Virus record (IMG/VR): IMGVR_UViG_3300037755_001185
Coordinates: 1 to 55,437 of that record
Source: a virus
Lineage: Duplodnaviria; Caudoviricetes
Reading direction: 5' to 3' (one strand)
DNA length: 55,437 nt
A program made the translations under genes and the position numbers. The notes under the pieces were generated by a model. The model worked only from the letters and a program-made list of their open reading frames with translations. It was not told the origin of the DNA and searched no databases. Shown here piece after piece: positions 18,949-28,705 of the stretch. The first letter of the stretch is position 1. Each line of letters starts with the position of its first letter.

Positions 18949-21656
18949 GCATTCAACAGGTCAACGCTATCAGCAACCGCCTGAGCCTTCGGCCGCCCCA
19001 GCGTGATTCGCTCGAAATCCTCGCACGGCTCTGTGAGATCATCACGCTCGAAAAGGACGGCGACACCGCCAAGGCTCTCGAAATCATCCGTTCGGAATTC
19101 CCACAGGTCGAAGACTTCGAGCGGGACTTTCCGTCGCTGTGCTTTGCGCTCGCAACTGGCGTGGGCAAGACGCGGCTGATGGGTGCGTTCATCGCGTATC
19201 TGTACCAGAGCCAGAACATCCGGCACTTCTTCGTGCTCGCCCCGAACCTGACCATCTACAACAAACTGATTGCCGATTTCACGCCGAACACCGCGAAGTA
19301 TGTCTTCAAGGGGATCGGGGAGTTCGCCCAATCACCACCGCTGATCGTGACAGGCGACAATTACCAGAGCGGTCGTGGCATTCGCAGGGAAGGCTATCTA
19401 CCTGGAGTGGATAGCTGGGAAGAAGATGTGCACATCAACATCTTCAATATCTCCAAGATCAACAGCGAAGTCCGTGGCGGCAAGTCCCCTCGAATCAAGC
19501 GGCTGAGCGAGTACATCGGCGAGAGTTACTTCGATTATCTGGCCGGGCTTGATGACCTCGTCATTCTCATGGATGAATCGCATCGCTACCGGGCCAGCGC
19601 CGGTGTGCGGGCGATCAACGAACTCAAACCGATTCTCGGTCTGGAACTGACTGCCACGCCACAGGTCGAACGTGGACAGCAAGCCGATCCGTTCAAGAAC
19701 GTGATCTACAGTTATCCGCTCTCCGCCGCGATGGATGACGGGTTCGTCAAGGAACCCGCAGTGGCAACGCGCGAGAACTTCGATCCCGCCGCATACACGG
19801 CCGACGGGCTGGAGAAGGTCAAGCTCGAAGACGGCGTGCGGATTCACGAAAACACCAAGGTTGAGTTGGAGGTGTACGCACGCAACAGCGACCAGACGAT
19901 TGTGAAGCCGTTCATGCTTGTGGTCGCACAGGATACAAACCACGCCAACGCCCTTCAGGACGTCATTGAGTCTGACCGCTTTTTCGAGGGGCGGTATCAG
20001 GGAAAGGTGATCACGGTCCACTCGAACATTCGGGGAGAGGAGAAGGATGAGGTGGTAGACCAGTTGCTGACGGTGGAGCACGCCGACAACCCGGTCGAGA
20101 TCGTCATCCACGTCAACATGCTCAAAGAGGGCTGGGACGTGACGAACCTCTACACGATCGTGCCGCTCCGAGCGGCGAATTCTCGCACGCTCGTGGAGCA
20201 GTCAATTGGCCGAGGCCTGCGCCTGCCGTACGGTCAACGGGTTGGTGTGCCGGCGGTGGATCGACTGACGATCGTCTCCCACGACAAGTTCCAGGACATC
20301 ATCGACCACGCAAACGACCCAAACTCAATCATTCGTACAGGCGTGGTGATTGGCCGTGATATCCCGAGCGACGGCAAGAAGGCGGTTGTTGTCGAGTCGC
20401 AGTTTGAGAAGATCATCTCGGGTGCAGCGCAGGCTGAGGGAACGACGGCCGTCGGCAATGGTCCGGCACTGTTCGACACGCCGGAAGAGCAGGAAGTGGC
20501 GAAGGCGACATTCCAGGTCATCAAGCAGTACGAACGGCTCAAAGGAAGCGATCAACTTCAGAACGCGGACGTGCAGAATGACATCGTGCGAAAGGTTCAG
20601 GAGATTGTTCGGCCGACTCAAGGGGTACTTGCGGGAATCGCCGAGCCGGTGGATGTTGCGGTGGTCGTCCAGAAGACGACAGCTTTGTATCGCGATCGCT
20701 CCATCGACGTACCGCGGATCGTGGTTGTGCCACTGGGCGATGTCGTTTCGGGCTACGGGGATTTCGATCTCGATACGAGCAACATCAATCTCCAGCCCGT
20801 CGATCAAGACATCCTGATCCAACATCTGCACGATCACCAGCGCTACAAACTGCGCGACGGCTCTGGCATCGTCGAGGAGAATCGACCGGAGAACTACCTT
20901 GTACGAGGCCTCATCGACTACGACGACATCAGCTATGACGACCACGCGAGTCTGCTCTACAAGTTGGCCGGACAGGTTGTCGAGCATCTGCGTTCATACC
21001 TGGCCGACGATGATCAGGTTGTCAATGTGCTGCAATACCACCAGCAGGGACTTGTGAAACTGATCCACTCGCAAATGCAGGGGCATTTCGTGGAGGAGGC
21101 CGCGGGCTATGAGGCTCATGTGACCAAGGGCTTCCGCACCCTTCGAGCAAATAACTACACGGCAGGCGCTTCCGAGACGGTGCGTAACTTCAGGACGTCT
21201 ATTCCCGATGGCGACAAAAGCCGGATCCGGACAATGCTGTTCGGTGGCTTTTCCACGTGCCTGTACCCCGAACAGAAGTTCGACACGGATTCAGAACGGC
21301 GCTTCGCTGTCATTCTTGAAAACGAGGACGAAGTACTCAAATGGTTCAAACCCGCAACGGGAGACTTCCAGATTCACTACAGCCAGGAGTCGTCCTATGA
21401 GCCGGACTTCGTCGTCGAGACGAAGACTGAGAAGTTGCTCTGCGAACCCAAGCGTGCCAGCGAGATGACGGACGATGTTGTTCTCGCCAAGGCGGAGGCG
21501 GCCGCAGTCTGGTGTGAGCACGCGAGCCAGCACGCGAAGGACGGTGACGGCAAGCCCTGGAAGTACCTGCTGATTCCACACGATGCGATCACGGACCAGA
21601 TGACCCTCAGCGGGCTGGCCGCTCGATACGAGGTTCACACGAAGTCCACGAAATGA
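18945..21656 (+). CDS. res: Type III restriction endonuclease Res subunit
   Basis: LATGVGKT, MDESH, LTATP, LKEGWDV, QSIGRGLR, C-terminal YEPDFVVE..LCEPK nuclease motif. Confidence 0.9.
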   Translation: MSIQQVNAISNRLSLRPPQRDSLEILARLCEIITLEKDGDTAKALEIIRSEFPQVEDFERDFPSLCFALATGVGKTRLMGAFIAYLYQSQNIRHFFVLAPNLTIYNKLIADFTPNTAKYVFKGIGEFAQSPPLIVTGDNYQSGRGIRREGYLPGVDSWEEDVHINIFNISKINSEVRGGKSPRIKRLSEYIGESYFDYLAGLDDLVILMDESHRYRASAGVRAINELKPILGLELTATPQVERGQQADPFKNVIYSYPLSAAMDDGFVKEPAVATRENFDPAAYTADGLEKVKLEDGVRIHENTKVELEVYARNSDQTIVKPFMLVVAQDTNHANALQDVIESDRFFEGRYQGKVITVHSNIRGEEKDEVVDQLLTVEHADNPVEIVIHVNMLKEGWDVTNLYTIVPLRAANSRTLVEQSIGRGLRLPYGQRVGVPAVDRLTIVSHDKFQDIIDHANDPNSIIRTGVVIGRDIPSDGKKAVVVESQFEKIISGAAQAEGTTAVGNGPALFDTPEEQEVAKATFQVIKQYERLKGSDQLQNADVQNDIVRKVQEIVRPTQGVLAGIAEPVDVAVVVQKTTALYRDRSIDVPRIVVVPLGDVVSGYGDFDLDTSNINLQPVDQDILIQHLHDHQRYKLRDGSGIVEENRPENYLVRGLIDYDDISYDDHASLLYKLAGQVVEHLRSYLADDDQVVNVLQYHQQGLVKLIHSQMQGHFVEEAAGYEAHVTKGFRTLRANNYTAGASETVRNFRTSIPDGDKSRIRTMLFGGFSTCLYPEQKFDTDSERRFAVILENEDEVLKWFKPATGDFQIHYSQESSYEPDFVVETKTEKLLCEPKRASEMTDDVVLAKAEAAAVWCEHASQHAKDGDGKPWKYLLIPHDAITDQMTLSGLAARYEVHTKSTK

Positions 21657-21757
21657 CAAACGTGCCATGGGCCACATCCGACCTGTACGACTTTCGCGAA
21701 CACGTAGATGGCGAGATGTGGTCAAGCTGACAGCCATGGAATTAGAAGGGGCAGTCG

Positions 21758-24172
21758 ATGCCATCTGGATACGAACCAAAGGATCACATTCAGCGACTGG
21801 AGGTAGCGCCTCGTGCCGAGGGCATCCTGGACCAGCGTGAGATCACGATCCAGTCGTACCAGACGACGGTGCCGTTCGACCGCGATGCATTGGATGCTGC
21901 GTTGGAAAGCGCATGGCTCGCGCCGCAGATTCGCTTTGGCGTATTCTCTCGCGTTCCTCATGTGTCAAGGGGCGCTCAAAGCCGACCACTGATAGGCGCT
22001 TTGGGTGTACCACCTCGATCGGGGGCCAACGCCATCGCTACTTCACCGCCAACCCCTCGCAGTCCAGAGGATGAAGGGCTTCACGGTGAAGAAACAAAGG
22101 CTCCCCGGGTGGTACTCCCAAAGCGCCATTTCGTGGCCGGTATTGAAGCGCCCGGTGACATTCCTGATGGGACGGAAGCCCTGAATGTCGTGCTTGGTCT
22201 CCAGGACGACTTGTCTGTGCGAGCCTATGACTATGACGCGCGCCGGCCGTTGTGGTACTCGTGGCAGAATGCCATCGTCGACACGGTGAACATACATTAC
22301 ACCAGTGATGACGAGGGATATCTACGTTTCACGGCGGTGGGCGGCGGACGACGCATTACAGACGACAGGCTGTACGAGTTTAACTCCACATTCCTTGGAA
22401 TACCAAAGGACGCTGTAAGCAAGCTACATTTCGATCTCGCGAAGCTCCGCGAACTCTGCTTCAGCCGATTCATCGATCGACTCTACATGATTCGGTTCTC
22501 GCACCCCTCTGGCGAGGAGTACCGGAGCATTGACCATGCGCTGTTCCAAAGCCGGCAGTACATTGATCCCGAGACGCAGCGCCTCCAAGAGGTGCGTGCC
22601 GATGAGACTGGCACCATCGAGTCATTCGATTCCGATGTTGAAGTCCGGTCGGACGATCTCGCCTCACCGATTCAAGTTCGCTTCTTCATCCGTGGCCTCA
22701 GCGGCTCACTGCGACTCCGCTTTCCCAAGACTCAATTCAAGACTCAAATCAAAACACCGGAGGATCAAGCCCGCGTCTTCTACCGCATTGTCGGTATCGC
22801 GGAAAAGCTGATTTTGGACGCCGACTACTACACGAAGCAACGGTACTCGCTGGAAGACCTCAAAACAGACCTTGTATTGATCCCCGACTTGGTGGACCTC
22901 ACGCCATTTCGGAAGGTGATGACGAGCGAAGCGGCTCGGAAAGAGTTCCTGTCCGGCATCAATTTGGCAGCGCCATGGCAAGAGTGGCGGCCGCACCTTC
23001 GAGCTCTCGACGAGTTGCTGCCACTGGAGCACATCGCGGACCATGTGGCCAAACTCACCGGTGAGTTGGTGAGGCGTGATCCCCTCATGACCTCACGGCT
23101 GCTGGCGGAATGTCAGGCCGACTCAAAGATCAACCGAATGGACACGGTCGTTGCCAATGTGGTGGCGAATGAAATCCATGCGATCCCCGCAGAAGTGAGA
23201 GCGCAGCTGGAAGAAGCACTTCTGTCGTGGGCGATTGAGCGGGAGCAGGAATCGTGGGATGTCGATCCAGACTCTGGCGAGATCATGGTCCTCAATCTCC
23301 GATGGCCGAAGGCGGACCTGTCGCTTGATGTGCTCACAGCCGTGCTCGGGAAGCTGGTCGGCGTGCTGCATGCACGCCTCGTTGATTCCACTGGCGACAC
23401 GGGCGCATTGTTGAGGCGGTTCAATTGGTGCATGATTGCCGCGAGAGATTTGCCGCCAAACCACTCCAAACTGTCGCCTGCGTTTCGGCTTGTAGCAGAG
23501 AGCCGTGTGCCCTCTTCCCTTGCGGAAGGTGCGAAGGTGATCAGGGGACGAGTCACCGACTTACACGCCCTTGATGACGCCATCATGGACCAATTCGGCC
23601 TCCCTCTCTGGCCTTGCCTGACGGCGTCACGCGAGAACGGGCAGGTGACGTTGCGGAACACCGGCATCGGAATGGCGAGAGCCATGCTGGCAACGCCATC
23701 GGGAACTCTGTTCAGCGACAAAGAAGCCACAGCCGAGATCGATCTGTGTCCCGAGCAGTCCGTTCAGTTGGCCGTATCCGGTGCTCCTGCATCGTTGGAT
23801 GTCCGGTTCACGAAATATGGCGAGGAGCGTCGAATCCAGGTGCCGATCACGAACGCGAAACGGGCCACATCCTCGGCGCTACCTGGCTCACAAATGCAGC
23901 CAGAGACTGTGTCTTTCGACTGGGCGAAGCAAGTGGAGCTTTGTCGTGCCGTCGAACGAGTTCTGGGCGAGGGGGAGTCTCCTGACAGGGGGACGATTTC
24001 CAAGGCCGTGCGCGCTGGTCAGTTGGAATCCAATGGACAGTCGGGGCGCGCATGCCGTGTGAAGGTCGATAGCTTTAAGGCATGGATCACCAAGGCCAAA
24101 GAACTCGCGAACGATGAGGTACTCCAGATCATGGATGCCGTCATGAACGAAATCCGCAGCCGAAAACGATAG
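21758..24172 (+). CDS. Large hypothetical protein with C-terminal HTH-like domain
   Basis: 804-aa ORF; last ~85 aa similar to the C-terminus of the next ORF. Confidence 0.7.
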   Translation: MPSGYEPKDHIQRLEVAPRAEGILDQREITIQSYQTTVPFDRDALDAALESAWLAPQIRFGVFSRVPHVSRGAQSRPLIGALGVPPRSGANAIATSPPTPRSPEDEGLHGEETKAPRVVLPKRHFVAGIEAPGDIPDGTEALNVVLGLQDDLSVRAYDYDARRPLWYSWQNAIVDTVNIHYTSDDEGYLRFTAVGGGRRITDDRLYEFNSTFLGIPKDAVSKLHFDLAKLRELCFSRFIDRLYMIRFSHPSGEEYRSIDHALFQSRQYIDPETQRLQEVRADETGTIESFDSDVEVRSDDLASPIQVRFFIRGLSGSLRLRFPKTQFKTQIKTPEDQARVFYRIVGIAEKLILDADYYTKQRYSLEDLKTDLVLIPDLVDLTPFRKVMTSEAARKEFLSGINLAAPWQEWRPHLRALDELLPLEHIADHVAKLTGELVRRDPLMTSRLLAECQADSKINRMDTVVANVVANEIHAIPAEVRAQLEEALLSWAIEREQESWDVDPDSGEIMVLNLRWPKADLSLDVLTAVLGKLVGVLHARLVDSTGDTGALLRRFNWCMIAARDLPPNHSKLSPAFRLVAESRVPSSLAEGAKVIRGRVTDLHALDDAIMDQFGLPLWPCLTASRENGQVTLRNTGIGMARAMLATPSGTLFSDKEATAEIDLCPEQSVQLAVSGAPASLDVRFTKYGEERRIQVPITNAKRATSSALPGSQMQPETVSFDWAKQVELCRAVERVLGEGESPDRGTISKAVRAGQLESNGQSGRACRVKVDSFKAWITKAKELANDEVLQIMDAVMNEIRSRKR

Positions 24173-24205
24173 CGGAACTTTTCCGTTTACTGAACGGACA
24201 CTGTT

Positions 24206-26425
24206 TTGGGTTCATACATGATAGAGAATGTGAACTGTGGGTCGGGTAGCTACCTGTTTGCTTGCTTTGGCGGCGATTTGATTTGTTCGCCGGCAACAGT
24301 ATTTGGTCGCATCAACGACGATTCTCTAATCCCATCTCTCATTGCCCTTCTAGAGAAAGAATACGGCGGTGAGGGCAATCCGAGCTTCCATGCCCAACCC
24401 GTGACCGACACCGAAGAGGCGGACCAGATTCTGCTCGATGAGGCCATCGACGAGCTGGCCATATACGACGATCCTGATCCCGGCATCTACGATCCGCCAC
24501 CATCGCGGCAGACAATGCTGAGGGCCTTCTACGCGCAACGGACGGAAAAGTGGACCGAGATGCTGCTGTCCAGGAAGTCCAAGACATCCACTTCGCCGAA
24601 CACCAACGGCAGCCCATTGTCCGATGACGTGCTCCTGCAGATTTGCCGCACTCCGACCGATGACGAGCGAGTTACCGCAGAGTGGATGGCAGATCTGCGG
24701 CTCATGGCTTCACTCGTCGATGCCAGCCGCAACTCGAATCGGATTGGCCTGGAACACGCCGTGACCTTGCTGGCTGGATGCATCGGCCAGCTTCCGCAGT
24801 ACAACCCCACCCACCTGCCGTTCGGATACAGTGGCCCAACAATCAAATCGCATCATTGGATGGACCACGACGCTCTGGAGCAGATCGCGAAGCAGATAGT
24901 CGGCTTGATCTGGCACGACGTGGACCCTGATGTTGTGGCGTCTGATGTCACACGATGCGTTTCTGAGGCGATCCGTCTTGGCTTCATCGAGCAACAAGAG
25001 TACGACGCCTGGAGGCCGGGAATGCGGAGCGGATCGGGTTGGCGCACCGCAGTGACTGCTACCCCTTACGGCATGACGAAGGCGCGAACCTTTTTCGAGG
25101 TGGCCACGCCACCCGAGGACAAGGAGTCGGACCAGACTCCGGTCCGGCAGCTTGCAGCGGCTCTCAAAGAGCTGCGACTGGCCACCGGCGAACTGCTCAT
25201 TTGTTCTGAAAAGGAGGACATCTATCCGGATATGGAGATCATGACGTATCACCAGGCTCTGCGCGATGCCGAGTCCCGTGTTGATGGTATTGGCGCTCAC
25301 CTTGCATACGGTCGCGAGAAACCAGGGCAGATCGAAACAGACCTCCGCGAGACGCTCCACAACTTGTCGTCGGCAGTCGGGTATGTCGCCTCTGACTACA
25401 ACGACCAGCCTGGAGCGTATCCACTGCCGAAGGAGATCACTGCGCCGGGATGGGAAGCACTGAAGGGCCTCAGGCCCCTCGAAATGGTATTGGCCATGAC
25501 GACGATGAAGCCCGGCGATTTGGAGATGCCGGTGGAAGACCGGCGCGTGTCAGGCCTCATTCTCCTCATGCTCCTGGCGCAGGCCTACTACAAAATGCTG
25601 GAGTGCGTCATCTCGATGGCCAGCTGGTGCTCGGCACTCGACGTGGAGTTGAACCAATCCTATTTGTGGGTCACCAGCAGCCTGACAAATCTGCTGAAGA
25701 ACCACGAGGATCTCAAAGACTTCCCGGTCGAATTCAAATCGATCTTCGATGATCTGTATCCGTCGACGGTCCGCGACCTCGAGTGGGAAGACATGGTGGC
25801 TCCCGAAGTCGAGCGGTTCCTCAGCACCGTCCAGAGGTACGTTCACGAGAATGGTGTCTACGAGCCCGAAGAGGGTTCAACGGCATGGACGTTTGTCCAA
25901 CTGTTCCGCCCCTCGGTCGACACAGCAATCTCTCGCGCCCTGGACTATCACAAGCGCATGCGCCAGTACGCCCAGAAGGCGTTTGCGGGAATATCCGCAG
26001 GCGGGAGCATTCAGGCGGGCGGCGCAATCAATGCCGCCGGTGAGATCAATGCCGGTGGAGAGTTTGCAGCTGGAGGGGATGTCCGGGCGGGTTCGCCATC
26101 TCCCGCAACCCCTTTGACGAAGCCATCCGGAACAACAGTGGCAGCAAACCCTATCGCCTCGAAAGACAGCACGTACGAATGGGCCAGACAGACTGAGCTG
26201 GTGCGAGCCACCGATCAGGTTCTTGGCCAAGGCACGCTCAGCCCGGGCGTGCTCTCCCGGGCATGTGGCCACCAGATCGAGACGAATGGCAAGCGCGGCC
26301 AAGGCTCCCGTGTGAAGGTGAGAAGTTTCCTTCCCTGGGTCACGCGCAAGTTCAACCTCGCCAAGGGCGAACAGACTCAGATTCGCAACGCCATCATTGG
26401 CGAGATCAACGAGCGCAACTCGTAG
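24206..26425 (+). CDS. Large hypothetical protein with Gly-rich hexapeptide repeats and C-terminal HTH-like domain (start uncertain)
   Basis: 739-aa ORF; AGGxIx repeats; shared WARQ.EL.RA...VLG.G..NG..G...RVKV.SF..W domain. Confidence 0.7.
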   Translation: MGSYMIENVNCGSGSYLFACFGGDLICSPATVFGRINDDSLIPSLIALLEKEYGGEGNPSFHAQPVTDTEEADQILLDEAIDELAIYDDPDPGIYDPPPSRQTMLRAFYAQRTEKWTEMLLSRKSKTSTSPNTNGSPLSDDVLLQICRTPTDDERVTAEWMADLRLMASLVDASRNSNRIGLEHAVTLLAGCIGQLPQYNPTHLPFGYSGPTIKSHHWMDHDALEQIAKQIVGLIWHDVDPDVVASDVTRCVSEAIRLGFIEQQEYDAWRPGMRSGSGWRTAVTATPYGMTKARTFFEVATPPEDKESDQTPVRQLAAALKELRLATGELLICSEKEDIYPDMEIMTYHQALRDAESRVDGIGAHLAYGREKPGQIETDLRETLHNLSSAVGYVASDYNDQPGAYPLPKEITAPGWEALKGLRPLEMVLAMTTMKPGDLEMPVEDRRVSGLILLMLLAQAYYKMLECVISMASWCSALDVELNQSYLWVTSSLTNLLKNHEDLKDFPVEFKSIFDDLYPSTVRDLEWEDMVAPEVERFLSTVQRYVHENGVYEPEEGSTAWTFVQLFRPSVDTAISRALDYHKRMRQYAQKAFAGISAGGSIQAGGAINAAGEINAGGEFAAGGDVRAGSPSPATPLTKPSGTTVAANPIASKDSTYEWARQTELVRATDQVLGQGTLSPGVLSRACGHQIETNGKRGQGSRVKVRSFLPWVTRKFNLAKGEQTQIRNAIIGEINERNS

Positions 26426-26451
26426 CGCAACTTGCCCGTTTGAAGTTGCGC
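26425..26451. promoter_or_regulatory. Operator-like inverted repeat GCGCAACTT-N9-AAGTTGCGC
   Basis: Perfect 9-bp arms upstream of the phage early operon; further TTGCGC half-sites near 26530-26546. Confidence 0.5.
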
Positions 26452-26634
26452 ACAGAGTACTTCTGAACTTTTCTTCGCCTGTCAGCATTGCCCAAACGGC
26501 AGGAACTGAGGCTCTGGGCCGCTTTCTTGTTGCGCTTTCGTTGCGCTGAAAAAGCATCTGATTAACTGGCCTCATCGCAGTTGCTCAGGCCTGCATAGTG
26601 CTTGCCTCAGACAACCTGCAGAAAGGTCTGTTCA

Positions 26635-26964
26635 ATGGTCGCAAACGTAGCGAAGACCAGTCTGACCCCCTCCCAGCTGAGGCTCCTCACCGAGATGCAG
26701 CGGATCAACTACGGCCGCATCCTCGATCTGCCGGTGCGCCGTGGCGAGCCGGTGTTGGACCCGCCGTCGCGCGTCATGCGCGAGATCAAGTTCGGCGGAG
26801 ACAACGGACCGCGCCCCGAAGCCGTCAAGGCCGACTTTGCGCTCAAGGCCCAGGTCCGCGATCTCTTCGCCTGCCTGGAGTCGATGGGTGATGGCGTGAT
26901 CTCGTGCATCGAGATTCAGCGCGGTCTGCCGTTTCGGATGACCGTCGAGGAGGTGAGCGCCTGA
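26635..26964 (+). CDS. Conserved phage hypothetical protein (first early gene)
   Basis: MQRINYGRILDLPVRRGEP..REIKFGG..DFALKAQV..IEIQRGLPFRM; AAAGG RBS. Confidence 0.7.
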   Translation: MVANVAKTSLTPSQLRLLTEMQRINYGRILDLPVRRGEPVLDPPSRVMREIKFGGDNGPRPEAVKADFALKAQVRDLFACLESMGDGVISCIEIQRGLPFRMTVEEVSA

Positions 26965-27034
26965 GCAAAGGGGCTGGACTCCCCATATGTGATTCAAACA
27001 AACTGATTACCTGACAACAAACCGGCCACGAAGT

Positions 27035-27141
27035 GGAGGCGTTGTGGGTGCCGCAGATGCGGCAATCCTGCAACGCCTCCTCTGCGTGCGCGATCGCTGC
27101 ATCGACTGGTTCCCACATGACGCCTCCCGGCCGACGGGAGG
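27035..27141 (+). promoter_or_regulatory. Candidate cis-regulatory RNA switch controlling the sigma-factor RBS
   Basis: GGAGGCGTTGTGGG can pair with 27071-27080 or with 27112-27127; CCTCCCG/CGGGAGG hairpin covers the RBS. Confidence 0.55.
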
Positions 27142-27146
27142 TCCAA

Positions 27147-27743
27147 TTGGACACCAATCGAAAGCACGAAGAACTCACCGAGTACGCACTTGAAGTCGTT
27201 CACCACAAAGCCCGGCAGCTGGTCGGCAAGGCCGGCTACACGAATGACGATGTCGCGGACATCGAACAGGATCTGATCACAGACCTGCTCGAGCGTCTGC
27301 CGAAGTTCGATCCAAGCAAGGCGACCCACAACACGTTCGTCGCCCGCCTGGTCGAACGGAAGATCAGCAATCTGCTTCGTGATCGTCTGGCAGCGATGCG
27401 TGACTGTCGCCGTGAGGACTGCTCACTCAACGACGAGATCGACACCGGCGATGAAGAGCCGCCCACGCAACGCGTCGCCACCATCAGTCAGGACGAGCAC
27501 GACCTGCGGACTGGCAAGTACGCCCGGCCCGCCGAGGAGCGCGCCGATCTGCGCTGCGACATCGAAGCGGTGCTGGCCGTGTTGCCGCCGGAGTTGCGTG
27601 AGGACGCAGACATGTTGGCCGTCATGCCCATCACAGAAGTCGCCCGCACACTCGGCGTGCCGCGCGCCACGTTCTACGACAACTACCTCGCCAAGATCCG
27701 CGCGGTGTTCGAGGACAAGGGGCTCAACGGCTACCTGACGTGA
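27147..27743 (+). CDS. Phage-encoded sigma-70 (ECF-like) factor
   Basis: Region 2-like DDVADIEQDL..KFDPSKA..TFVARLVERKISNLLR and region 4 HTH ITEVARTLGVPRATFY; TTG start after GGGAGG. Confidence 0.75.
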   Translation: MDTNRKHEELTEYALEVVHHKARQLVGKAGYTNDDVADIEQDLITDLLERLPKFDPSKATHNTFVARLVERKISNLLRDRLAAMRDCRREDCSLNDEIDTGDEEPPTQRVATISQDEHDLRTGKYARPAEERADLRCDIEAVLAVLPPELREDADMLAVMPITEVARTLGVPRATFYDNYLAKIRAVFEDKGLNGYLT

Positions 27744-27751
27744 TCCTCTCT

Positions 27752-27786
27752 CCGACAGTCTGTCCCAGCGCCGGGTAAGTAACCAG
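27752..27786 (+). promoter_or_regulatory. Bipartite motif CCGACA-N13-CCGGGTAAGTAACCAG (copy 1), putative phage sigma promoter
   Basis: Same boxes and spacing as 41541-41575; lies just upstream of the recombination operon. Confidence 0.65.
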
Positions 27787-27834
27787 AGACGGCCTGGGCA
27801 GGCTGCTTCGGTGACTTGAAAGCGAGTGAACGCA

Positions 27835-28644
27835 ATGGACCTGACGATCGACCTGAACATCCTCGAAATTGAACCCGCTGAGGAGTACCACGCCAAGGCG
27901 AGTCGATTCCTGTCGAGCCATCAACTCCTGGACTTCATCAAATGCCCGTGGCTTCATCGCAAGAAGTCACTTGGCCTCATCGCGGACAGTGAATCACCGG
28001 CGTATCTCGTCGGCCGGGCGGCTCATGTGCGCATCCTCGAAGGCCGTGATGTGTACGAAGCGGCCTTCGCGATGGGCGGGCCGGTTAACCCCAAGACGGA
28101 CAAGCCGTTCGGGACAAACACGAAGGCGTTTGCCGAGTGGGCTGAAGCCCAGGGCAAGCCGGTGCTCTCACACGATCAGGTTCAGCTCATTGAGCAGATG
28201 GCATCGGGCGTGGCCGTGAACACTGAGGCCGTTGACCTTCTGCTGCATGGCCGGGCTGAAGGCGTTGTGCGCAATGAATATTGCGGGACGCCATGTCAGA
28301 TTCGCATCGACTGGGTGCATCCTCACCGTGGGATCGTGGACTTCAAGACCTGTGATGATCTGACCTGGTTTGAGTCGGACGCGCGCCGGTACGGCTACCA
28401 CCGGCAAATGGCGTTCTACCGAGCCATCCTGGCGCGGGCTTGCGGTAACCAGCCGGTCCCCGTCCACCTCGTCGCAGTCGAAAAGCGTGAGCCATTCCGT
28501 TGCGGCGTGTGGCGTATCAGCGACGACACGTTGGCTATCGCCGAGCGCGAGAACGCCGCTGCGATTCGTCGATGGCTGGATTGCCACCAGCGCGATCATT
28601 GGCCCACTGGATACGAGGAAGTTCGTGTCCTCGATGTGGCCTGA
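27835..28644 (+). CDS. PD-(D/E)XK exonuclease-like protein (RecE/DUF3799-like)
   Basis: EEYHA..LSSHQL, GRAAHVRILEG, CQIRIDW, IVDFKT, YGYHRQMAFY. Confidence 0.8.
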   Translation: MDLTIDLNILEIEPAEEYHAKASRFLSSHQLLDFIKCPWLHRKKSLGLIADSESPAYLVGRAAHVRILEGRDVYEAAFAMGGPVNPKTDKPFGTNTKAFAEWAEAQGKPVLSHDQVQLIEQMASGVAVNTEAVDLLLHGRAEGVVRNEYCGTPCQIRIDWVHPHRGIVDFKTCDDLTWFESDARRYGYHRQMAFYRAILARACGNQPVPVHLVAVEKREPFRCGVWRISDDTLAIAERENAAAIRRWLDCHQRDHWPTGYEEVRVLDVA

Positions 28645-28705
28645 CACTTCGCGCCCGGTCGGCTTGTGGTGAGTCCTCGCGACGACCACCCGACCGGCGC
28701 ACTTC

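Noticed and set aside
10461-21656. Assignment as DISARM or BREX
   Set aside because: SNF2 and a methylase are present, but there is no DrmA/DrmB/DrmC or PglZ/BrxC; Mod and Res are Type III-like
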